From the NCBI GenBank assembly GCA_020184695.1, contig JAANOX010000149.1:205958-269957 (forward strand): DNA of 64,000 bases, read 5' to 3'. A program made the translations under genes and the position numbers. Below the pieces are notes generated by a model, which saw only the letters and a program-made list of their open reading frames with translations, was not told the DNA's origin and ran no database searches. This document shows positions 55,384 to 64,000 of this stretch, piece after piece; position 1 is the first letter of the stretch; each line of letters opens with the position of its first letter. This stretch comes from Histomonas meleagridis 2922-C6/04-290x (lineage: Eukaryota; Protista; Parabasalia).

Positions 55384-57099
55384 TTATTTTAAATCTTTAT
55401 CTTCCATCTCAACAAAAACAGGTTCGTCATCAATATCCCAAAATTTCAAAATCTTTTTCGGGGCATTTTGACGACGTTTTACCGAAGGATATGGGTCTTT
55501 ATACCAAATGTTTTTCCTTTTTTTCTCGTTAAATTTGTTTATTGGCGTTTTGTGTCTCATTTTTGTTGGAAGCGAAATTACTTTATCGATCTTTAATGGA
55601 AACATTTCGGCATTTGTTTGCTTAATTTCAAAAGAAAAATCGGTATTACCGCCAAAGAAATCATTTAATGTATAGTCAATGTCAGATTCTTTATCTTGCG
55701 ATAATTTTGTATCTTTTGATTTCTCATTAGGAAGCACAATATTATAATCTACGTGCTCCCCGACTGGCGGTGGCAAAAAATAGTCAATAGAATAATCGAT
55801 TCTTTGTGGTTTCTCATCCCGCCATTCAACTGATTTCCGAAGAAGAGTTGGCGTAATGTCAAATGGAAGAAAAAGTTCTTCGCCTGCATGGATGACAATC
55901 TCATCATTGGCGCTTTTGGTTGACTTACGTCCAAAATATGGAAGTATTGTTGGATGAGTTGCAAATAGTCCAACTCTCATCTTCCCATTGAGTTTAAAAT
56001 ATCTAACCTCACAGTTAGAAGTAAATCCTCTTTGAATATGTGTATATATAGCATTATTTTCAAACATGGTCGAATCTATCATCGTATTAGTATCGGTTAT
56101 CATATAAGCACTAGAAGAAGGAGTTGAATCATTTCTATCAAGCTCTTCAAATTCTGTAACATTGCCAAAAATTTCTGTAATAAAATCATTATTTTTAATA
56201 TCACTTTTGGAAACAACTGTAGGATATCCACATGGTCCTAATTCAATTACCAATTCAGGCAGCTTAATTTTTTGTTTCATAACATAAGCATTCTTATGTT
56301 GTTCAAGTCCAGTTTCCGCTCTTTCAGAAAATTTCAGATTTTGTTTGTGCATTGAAATTTGAGGGAGGACGTTAATTGGCAAAGTACGATAGCATTTTGG
56401 TATCGGACGATCATAAATATCTGTTGATATGATGTGATTTAGAACAAGAATTACTTGTGATGATGATATATTCAACATATATGAAAGAAGGCGAACAAAA
56501 AAATATGAAAATGTATATGTGTCTTCAACTGATTCAATGCAATGGAAAGTTTCATACTCAAAGAAATTTATAAATGGATGATGAATAAAAAATATCTCTT
56601 TGAACTCGGAATAAGCTTTCGCTATTAATTTGGGTGGTTCAATAGGCGCTGTAAATTCTTTGAAATAACTAATAAGTGGACCAGATGGAGGATGAATTGC
56701 AAAATGTAATGGATTCCGTGGAGTAACTTTAGCTTTCATGTTTGGATAAAAAGAAAATATTGGCTTGATTTCTTTCTTTTGGCGAAAAGTTGATGTTCTA
56801 TTGCAAAAACAGCAAACATAATGTTTTGGTATATTACCAATCCCGATAAATGTGTGTCTTTTATGTTGAAATTTTCCACATTTTTGACATTGGATAAGAC
56901 ATCGTTGATGGTCTCCTTCAACTTCGCATTTACATACGATTTCAATATGTCTGCAACGAGGACATACATAATGTTCAGGCATATTAAAATTATTAATATT
57001 AACGCATTCTGCATGTTGCCATTTGTGACACACTTCACAGCCAACCATAATTCCATCATCTTCATCATCGCTACAAAAGCAATTCACAACTTCTTCCAT
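55384..57099 (-). CDS. Tandem PHD-finger plus SET-domain protein (Set3/MLL5-like)
   Basis: CFC...MVGCEVCHKWQHAEC...YVCPRC, then a second PHD, then a SET-like region GFTSNCEV...RVGLFAT...IHAGEELFLPFD. Confidence 0.8.
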   Translation of the reverse strand: MEEVVNCFCSDDEDDGIMVGCEVCHKWQHAECVNINNFNMPEHYVCPRCRHIEIVCKCEVEGDHQRCLIQCQKCGKFQHKRHTFIGIGNIPKHYVCCFCNRTSTFRQKKEIKPIFSFYPNMKAKVTPRNPLHFAIHPPSGPLISYFKEFTAPIEPPKLIAKAYSEFKEIFFIHHPFINFFEYETFHCIESVEDTYTFSYFFVRLLSYMLNISSSQVILVLNHIISTDIYDRPIPKCYRTLPINVLPQISMHKQNLKFSERAETGLEQHKNAYVMKQKIKLPELVIELGPCGYPTVVSKSDIKNNDFITEIFGNVTEFEELDRNDSTPSSSAYMITDTNTMIDSTMFENNAIYTHIQRGFTSNCEVRYFKLNGKMRVGLFATHPTILPYFGRKSTKSANDEIVIHAGEELFLPFDITPTLLRKSVEWRDEKPQRIDYSIDYFLPPPVGEHVDYNIVLPNEKSKDTKLSQDKESDIDYTLNDFFGGNTDFSFEIKQTNAEMFPLKIDKVISLPTKMRHKTPINKFNEKKRKNIWYKDPYPSVKRRQNAPKKILKFWDIDDEPVFVEMEDKDLK

Positions 57100-57191
57100 T
57101 TTTGGCTGTGAAGAAAACGTAAAAAATAAAGTGTTGAAACAAAAAAGTGCTGACTTTACACCAGGAAATAGACATTTTATTTAACACATCA

Positions 57192-60100
57192 TCATATGAA
57201 TGTGAATGCTTTTGGCGCATCTTCAATGTTTATCACCTTAACATTGAAAAAGACAGGCGGGTCCTGTAATGACTCATTTACTTTTGCATAACATGAATCA
57301 TAACATTCTCCTTCATTTGAAGCTTTCACGGCCATTGTATGAAATTGTATTTTAGTATCTCCTCTTAGTTGGTATACAACTAAACATTCGAAGATTGAGT
57401 TTTTAGCCAAATTTGTAATTTTACTTTCTCCATATCCAAATTCTTGTTTTGATGTTAGAAGCGAATACATTGAGTATTTCATGTAGAAATTCATTACATC
57501 ATTTTCGGTGAATGATAATCTAAATGATCCGATTGGAGTTATGAAATCATATTCATCTTCATTTACAACAGATACATTCGTAAAGAAAACAGGGATTCCA
57601 AAAGAGTCCTTTGAAGACGAAATAAGAAAATAGTCACCTATAAGATAAGCATGTATATGTTCTTGATTCATAAAAGGTATAGTTCTAGGTAACTCAAAAC
57701 CGTTTCCAAACGTCTTCATCACGTTCAAAAAGTTCTGTGGTGAAAAAATGAATTTCTGATGGCGGTTAATTTGTGAGATTATACAGTCGATTTTAATTGA
57801 AAGGTGCTCGTTTATATTGAGGTTTGAAACTAACGTTTTTTCGTAGGGAGACGTTAATTGCTCAAGAACAGAATTTTTAGAAGATTTAAATATTGGCGAA
57901 ATTTTTTGGATTTTTTGATGGAAGTTTGAAATGATTTGATTAAATTTTTGGAAGTCATCGATATCTTTAATTAAAACAGGATTAAACCTCTTCAAAAATG
58001 AAAACACATAAAAATGCCATTGAAGAGGAAAAGCGAAAACGAAATAAGCTTGAAGATGATTAAAATGGAATGATAACCCATTTGTCAAAGTATTAATTGA
58101 AGCGACTGCATTATTTTGGAAAGTATCAAGATAAGAATCAACATCACCAATTATTAAACAATTTAACATTATATGAATCGATGTCATAAAGTTATATTCA
58201 TGATTATTCATAATCGATTTAAATTTAGTTGATGAAGATTCGATTAAATTTATTATCTTCATGAAGTTTTGTATAAATAAATTCGATTGATCATTTCGTA
58301 TTAATTCGGATAAACTTAATTTGATTAACGCACTAATATGTTGTGTTAAAAAACAAAAATCTAAAAGATCTTTCGCAAATTTTTGTCGCTTCCAAAAATG
58401 TAATAACAAATTAATAACCTTTTGATCAGTTGCTAATAAATAAGGTTGTTCATTAGGCTTTTTATCAGTTAAATTCATTCCTTCATTTAATAACAATGAA
58501 CATAATTCATAATTATTAAGTTGTGCTGCTAAATGTAATGGTGTTAAACCATTTGATGTAACACTATTAATATCAGCTCCTTTTTCTAATAAGAATTTAA
58601 CAATTTCAATCGAATTTATCGATACTGCACAATGTAATGGTGTGAAATGTGATTTATTCGATGAATTTACTGAATAACCATTTTCGATTAATTTGGTTGC
58701 AACATTTAAATCTTTATGTTGTACTGCTGTAAGTAATTTATTTTCAACGCCAAGTGAATGTAAGAAATCCATACATTCATTAGAATGTGATTCAAACGCA
58801 TAATCTAATGGTGTTAATCCATCTTTATTAGGTAATGATAATAATGAATAATCATCGATAATAGATATAATTAATTTTAATGTTTGTACTGAACCATTTT
58901 TACATAAGATATGTATAGGTGTTTCTCCTTTATTATTAATATAATCAGAAGTAATTCGAACATTATTCGCTAAGTCTTGAATACATTTAAATACTAAAGG
59001 ATCATCGACATAATGAAATAATGAATTACCATAAATATCTTGATAATATAATGACGCATTTCTATTAACTAAAACAGCTACGAAATTACCTTTTTGTAAC
59101 ATAGCTGCTAATAGTAATGGCGTTCGACCTTCTGCATCCGGTATATCGATTAAATCATTAAATTCATTTAAACATTCCGCAATTATTCGACTATTTAATG
59201 TGAATAAAATAGCTGCATGTAATATAGTACAACCTCTTAAAATTCCATTAGTCTTCTTAAGAAATAATTCAACTGATTTCGAATTTAATGAATCATTATA
59301 ATTTTGTGAATATAATTGTAATGTTTTATTAAATTCGATTTTTTGTTCTTCTCCTTTATTATAATCGAAATAAGAAATTTTCGATTCTATTACATGTTTT
59401 GTTTCATAAAGTTTTTTAACGTTTATTGTGTATTTCATTTCTTTAGATTTATCATTAAAACGTAATAAATTATTACTCATAAATGAATATAATACTGGTG
59501 TCATACCAAATGAATCAACACTATTTATATCAGAGTTTGATTTAATAGCTTCAATAGCTATTTGACTATCAGCACGAACTGCATATGATAATGGTATTAA
59601 TCCTTCATTATCTTTACCATCGAAATCGAAATCTTTCTTTAATATATTAATCATTAATGATGATGAACTTGCTAAATAATGAAATAATGATGCGCCTAAT
59701 GAATCCCTAATATTAAAATTAGGATATTCCTTAAATAAAGCTGGAATTAATTCTTCCGCTTTTCGTTTTATTAAATATACAATGATACTATCGCCATCTG
59801 AATTAACATATTCGAAATCTAATGTGACTTTAAATAATCGCTCTAAATATTTTGGTCGATAAAAATCAGATGCTAAAAAACATGCTTTCGATGCTGTTTG
59901 TGAATTAGAGTATTCTAATAATACTAAAAATGTTTGATATAAATCAAAAATGACACTATAATCAAGTGGTGTCATTTGATATTTGTCTTCAATGTTCGGT
60001 GATGCACCAGCTTGAATTAATGTATGACATAATTGATAATATCCTCGTGAAGCTGCGATATGAAGAACTGTACTTTTGTTGATTTCTTCTTTGAAATTAA

Positions 60101-60794
60101 CTTTGTTATAATATGGAGACCGATTTGAAAAAAGATGAAATGAGACTCCTCTTAAACTATTTTCATATACTGATGAATGGAATGATGGTAATGCTTTATG
60201 CTCTAATAGTAATTTGATCATTTCTTCATTAGCCATATGTTTAGCTATATCAAGTGGTGAACAAAATTGTAATGTAGTGTTGGAATTTGGAATATTAATT
60301 ATTGGATCACAACTGATAACAACATTGTTAATTTGTGGGCAATTATGTTCTAACAAAAATCGAGCAGTGTCAATATGCCCATAATAAACGGCAAAATGAA
60401 GATTACTCCAATTTTTTGATGTCAAATCTTTCATCATAACATCTGATTTCATAAGTATTTCAACCATGTTAGTATCTCCTTTAATGGAGGCTATGTGGCT
60501 TGGTGTAAGAGAATCAATGTTATAAAAATGAAGAGATCGAAATGCTCCGACAAGAAATTTAGCAGATGAATAAGAAGAACTTGCTGCAGCATAATGGAGA
60601 GCTGAATTCCCAAACAAATCTGATTGAATAAGAGGATTTGTTCCTGAATCTGCCATGCAATCCATTAATTCTTTATCTCGGTCTTGAAATGCATATAAAT
60701 GAATTAATGTTGTACCATTATTAAGTTGATCTGAATGCTTTCCAAATGAATAAAATGAAAGAATTGCATCTTTGTTGCTCATTTCTTTTGACAT
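57192..60794 (-). CDS. Large uninterrupted ankyrin-repeat protein
   Basis: Many canonical repeats with intact hairpins (DLFGNSALHYAA, DAEGRTPLLLAA, NKDGLTPLDYA, TSNGLTPLHLAA) and a non-ankyrin C-terminus. Confidence 0.9.
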   Translation of the reverse strand: MSKEMSNKDAILSFYSFGKHSDQLNNGTTLIHLYAFQDRDKELMDCMADSGTNPLIQSDLFGNSALHYAAASSSYSSAKFLVGAFRSLHFYNIDSLTPSHIASIKGDTNMVEILMKSDVMMKDLTSKNWSNLHFAVYYGHIDTARFLLEHNCPQINNVVISCDPIINIPNSNTTLQFCSPLDIAKHMANEEMIKLLLEHKALPSFHSSVYENSLRGVSFHLFSNRSPYYNKVNFKEEINKSTVLHIAASRGYYQLCHTLIQAGASPNIEDKYQMTPLDYSVIFDLYQTFLVLLEYSNSQTASKACFLASDFYRPKYLERLFKVTLDFEYVNSDGDSIIVYLIKRKAEELIPALFKEYPNFNIRDSLGASLFHYLASSSSLMINILKKDFDFDGKDNEGLIPLSYAVRADSQIAIEAIKSNSDINSVDSFGMTPVLYSFMSNNLLRFNDKSKEMKYTINVKKLYETKHVIESKISYFDYNKGEEQKIEFNKTLQLYSQNYNDSLNSKSVELFLKKTNGILRGCTILHAAILFTLNSRIIAECLNEFNDLIDIPDAEGRTPLLLAAMLQKGNFVAVLVNRNASLYYQDIYGNSLFHYVDDPLVFKCIQDLANNVRITSDYINNKGETPIHILCKNGSVQTLKLIISIIDDYSLLSLPNKDGLTPLDYAFESHSNECMDFLHSLGVENKLLTAVQHKDLNVATKLIENGYSVNSSNKSHFTPLHCAVSINSIEIVKFLLEKGADINSVTSNGLTPLHLAAQLNNYELCSLLLNEGMNLTDKKPNEQPYLLATDQKVINLLLHFWKRQKFAKDLLDFCFLTQHISALIKLSLSELIRNDQSNLFIQNFMKIINLIESSSTKFKSIMNNHEYNFMTSIHIMLNCLIIGDVDSYLDTFQNNAVASINTLTNGLSFHFNHLQAYFVFAFPLQWHFYVFSFLKRFNPVLIKDIDDFQKFNQIISNFHQKIQKISPIFKSSKNSVLEQLTSPYEKTLVSNLNINEHLSIKIDCIISQINRHQKFIFSPQNFLNVMKTFGNGFELPRTIPFMNQEHIHAYLIGDYFLISSSKDSFGIPVFFTNVSVVNEDEYDFITPIGSFRLSFTENDVMNFYMKYSMYSLLTSKQEFGYGESKITNLAKNSIFECLVVYQLRGDTKIQFHTMAVKASNEGECYDSCYAKVNESLQDPPVFFNVKVINIEDAPKAFTFI

Positions 60795-61330
60795 ACAAAC
60801 GTCTTCAAATTACAATACTTTACTTTACTATTAACACTTTTTACAGTTGAAGGACATATTTATCCACAAAAGGTTTCCTCATTCTTATGATTATAACAAA
60901 GCAAATGAATTTCATTGCAATTGTTCGTTTTTATATAATTTATTAATAAATTACATCAAATTTTTCAATGTCATCTTTATAACAACAGTACTTAAAGTTG
61001 TTTTTTAAGAATTTATGATGAAGCATAACGAAGATAATGATAATTTGTCATGAAATTTTATCTGTACAATATTTTTTTTTATGATTTCGTATAATTCTAT
61101 AATTATTGTATTATAATATTTTTATATAAATTGTTGTATTCGATAATTACTTAAAATATCATTTATTCCATATTTATACAGTTTGTATATATGATCAAAA
61201 CCGCTAATTCTCAAACAAACATACTCAATTTATATACCGATCAAATCACACAGAAGTATATTGTATGAGTAAAGCTCACAATCGAGCGAAGAAAACTTAA
61301 TATTAAACAATTAGAATTCGAGACTATTTA

Positions 61331-63880
61331 TTAACTAGACGATGACTTCCTATGCTTATTTCTTCTTAGAATTACAAGTACCACAACTAGAGCTGCAATA
61401 ACTACAATTACTACTACTACTACTACAACCACAATTACCACAGTATTATCAGCTTTCAAGTCTGCCGATAGTGTAGTGATTCCATTATTTTCTTCTAATT
61501 TAAATTCGTATCTATCATCTTCCTCATTAATTATAGTACTTCCGCATATATCAGCTGTATAAATTTGTGAATCGCCAGAAATGACATTAAAATGTTCAGG
61601 ATAATCATCTCCATATTTCCTTAACATTATATTTGCCTTATATGTAAGATCTGAAACGTTTAATGTGATAATACTTTGTTGATAATTCATATTTCCATAA
61701 TTAATTACGATATTTGAAGTTAAGTTTAATGAATCTTCAAATACTAAATATGAATTATATAACATTTCCATTGAGTTAATTATACTATTACTAATTGTTG
61801 ATGTTGAATCACGTTCGATTAATAAATGATCAATTTCAATCATTGGATTATTATTAGCTAATAATAAACCATTTCGACTTGTTATTGATCTTGTTGATAT
61901 TTTAGATTCACCATTCATATTTACGATTGAAACTTGAATAGTATTAATAGAACTGAGAACATTAATTTCGATATTTCCTGATTCAACTGTTATTGATTTA
62001 GTGAATTGTAATTTATTATATGAATTTGGTGTAACGATATTTAATTCACCTTTACCTTTAACTTCGACTGGTAATATATTCGAATCTTCTAATTCTATTT
62101 CTGCACCATTTTCATTTAATATAAGTCCAAATGAAAAATCGTCTTTAAATTCTTTCGATGGAATTGTAATCTTTCGATTTGCTTTTGTAAATTCGAAATT
62201 AACTTTTGTATTAGATGTAGTGTTTTCATCAATTGTTAATGTGAATGATGTTGATGTCTTAATATTAATTTCTTGATAATTTGATGAAATTGTTTCTTCT
62301 GTTCGATGACTTGTAGATTTAAATGATATATTATCAGATATTATAAATTCAGAAAGATCTTCACTGAACCCAATTTGTGAATTTTGTGATATTTTTTCAA
62401 ATGATAATGCCATGTCATAATTGGAATATTCAACTTCTTCAAGGTTATAAAAGCTGATTTTTTCAAATTGATTATAATCTGCTACTGTAGCATCATTAAT
62501 GAATGATAACGATTTAATATTTAATAAAGTTGTTGAAGTAAAATCAGAATTAACTAAATTAACATTGACTTTATCAAACGTCAATTTGTTTATAACACTT
62601 CTTGTTAATAAATGTGCATCAACATAACAGTTATATCTTGAACTTGTCGAAATATATGTTAAATCAATTTGATTTCGAAGATTTTCTAAGCTTAAATAGT
62701 TTGTTGACGTCATTGACCGACTTAAATGAACAGTAATTGATTTAATTGTACTTGGAATTTCTTGTGTATTAAGCTCACTAAATGTTGTTAAGTAAATTTG
62801 TGTCTCATTATCTTCTCTGCCTTGTGTTGATTTTACGTAATAAATATCTAAGTGATCGGTAACAGGTTCTGGTGTTGGTTCTGGCGTTGGTGTTGGTGTT
62901 GCAACTGTACCTGTTGCTGTTCTTGTCGATGTACTTGTTGCTGTACTTGTGGCAGTTCTTGTCGATGTTTGAGTTATGGTACTGCAATCAACAGCTTGGA
63001 AACTATATCGCCATTCAGTGTCGGCACTCATACTTGTAATTACAACTTGAACCTTTTGTCCATTAGTCGGTTTAGACGCAGGCGTGAAGAAAACAACACC
63101 AGAATACATTGCACTATTTTGAGTGTCGGTTGATACATCTGAAAGTGAAATAGCTGTTCCATCATATGTTACTGATACTTGTGTATCTGATGGCATTGAG
63201 TGTAAAGAGCCTCCAGATGGATTCCATTGTCTACTAAAAGTCCAAACATCTGGAATTAAATTGACAGGAAATGCTCCAGGTGGTGGATATGCAATAAAAA
63301 TGGGTGAAGATGTGCCTACCCTATTAAAACCAAATACTCTAGTTGCAGAGTAATGACCATTGACACCTTGTGCTAATTCACTTAATGTTGGAAGTAAAAG
63401 CCATCGTCGATGTCCACAAGATGAAACACCACGATCATCCATGTAACTTGCAATGGAGTTAGAACCACATGCTGTTCCACTGGACCAATAAATATTGGAA
63501 CTGGAAGCACCTGTTGATCCTGCTTGCGTCCAACAAGTAAGACTTTGGTCTGTTAAATCATGACTGAAGATGCCATTTGCTTCCATGATTTTGCACGCTT
63601 CCATTTCGCTTTGAATTACAGCAGCATCTTGGGATTGAACTAAATCATTGAGACCACAAGCATAACGGTAGAAGTTCATTACGTTAAGTGCATCACTTTT
63701 GTCCGCATCTGTTTGGTACCCAACACCACATTCATCAGAACTTGCAACATGACATTTATATCCATGAGTATATACGTGAAGTGTGTTATACTTTGAACAA
63801 ACTTCTTGAGGTGTTCTATTTTCAAGTTCTGGCCATGTTACTGTGGCAGAAAAACATGCTTGGAGAAAGATACACAGCAT
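61331..63880 (-). CDS. CAP/SCP-domain single-pass surface protein with a Thr/Pro linker
   Basis: Signal peptide from ATG 63880; MNFYRYACGL...FSHD...SYMDD...CGHRRWLLLP and IAYPPPGAFP; TxTSTRTAT/PTPEP linker; poly-Val TM and basic tail. Confidence 0.85.
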   Translation of the reverse strand: MLCIFLQACFSATVTWPELENRTPQEVCSKYNTLHVYTHGYKCHVASSDECGVGYQTDADKSDALNVMNFYRYACGLNDLVQSQDAAVIQSEMEACKIMEANGIFSHDLTDQSLTCWTQAGSTGASSSNIYWSSGTACGSNSIASYMDDRGVSSCGHRRWLLLPTLSELAQGVNGHYSATRVFGFNRVGTSSPIFIAYPPPGAFPVNLIPDVWTFSRQWNPSGGSLHSMPSDTQVSVTYDGTAISLSDVSTDTQNSAMYSGVVFFTPASKPTNGQKVQVVITSMSADTEWRYSFQAVDCSTITQTSTRTATSTATSTSTRTATGTVATPTPTPEPTPEPVTDHLDIYYVKSTQGREDNETQIYLTTFSELNTQEIPSTIKSITVHLSRSMTSTNYLSLENLRNQIDLTYISTSSRYNCYVDAHLLTRSVINKLTFDKVNVNLVNSDFTSTTLLNIKSLSFINDATVADYNQFEKISFYNLEEVEYSNYDMALSFEKISQNSQIGFSEDLSEFIISDNISFKSTSHRTEETISSNYQEINIKTSTSFTLTIDENTTSNTKVNFEFTKANRKITIPSKEFKDDFSFGLILNENGAEIELEDSNILPVEVKGKGELNIVTPNSYNKLQFTKSITVESGNIEINVLSSINTIQVSIVNMNGESKISTRSITSRNGLLLANNNPMIEIDHLLIERDSTSTISNSIINSMEMLYNSYLVFEDSLNLTSNIVINYGNMNYQQSIITLNVSDLTYKANIMLRKYGDDYPEHFNVISGDSQIYTADICGSTIINEEDDRYEFKLEENNGITTLSADLKADNTVVIVVVVVVVVIVVIAALVVVLVILRRNKHRKSSSS

Positions 63881-64000
63881 TTTGCAAAATGTTCTGTTCA
63901 ATAGCGAACCTCAAAATTTGGGAGTTATTCAAACAATTTATTCCCTGTTTTGAATTGTTTATTAAAATTTTTGAATAGCATGTCGACACGGGATTAAACG

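Noticed and set aside
15545-63978. Numerous short ORFs overlapping or antisense to long genes (e.g. 27504-29522 set, 44224-44589, 48857-49293, 62001-63978)
   Set aside because: Shadow frames of well-supported genes with no recognisable domains.

Overview
AT-rich, essentially intron-free eukaryotic DNA. It is most likely from a parabasalid/trichomonad protist; this is inferred from TCAY(T/A) initiators, a CCTTT (M5) element before RPL19, and expanded BspA-like LRR and DUF3447-type ankyrin families. Housekeeping genes are SMC3, a CHD-type remodeller, an SPX-SLC13 phosphate transporter, UTP21, a RhoGAP, RPL19, an RNF5/RMA1-like RING E3, AP-3 delta, a PHD-SET protein and a GT31 glycosyltransferase. 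Surface-protein genes are three BspA-like LRR genes and two CAP-domain paralogues. A nest of decayed DNA transposons lies at about 5.8-14.8 kb (hAT containing Merlin and Tc1/DD37E elements, pogo/DDE_1 next to a Myb ORF, and a second hAT remnant). The standout signal is in four ankyrin loci (972-1852, 34344-34780, 46399-48763, 52805-55154). There, stop-free 90-nt ankyrin helix-pair modules alternate with AT-rich interruptions at exactly the same beta-hairpin position. Of 21 complete interruptions counted, 15 are 80 nt, 3 are 81 nt and 3 are 63 nt. They carry stops, mostly break frame, and lack GT-AG/AT-AC ends and the trichomonad branch motif. This suggests an undescribed non-canonical splicing, translational-bypass or cassette-assembly system; the mechanism is inference and needs RNA/protein data.
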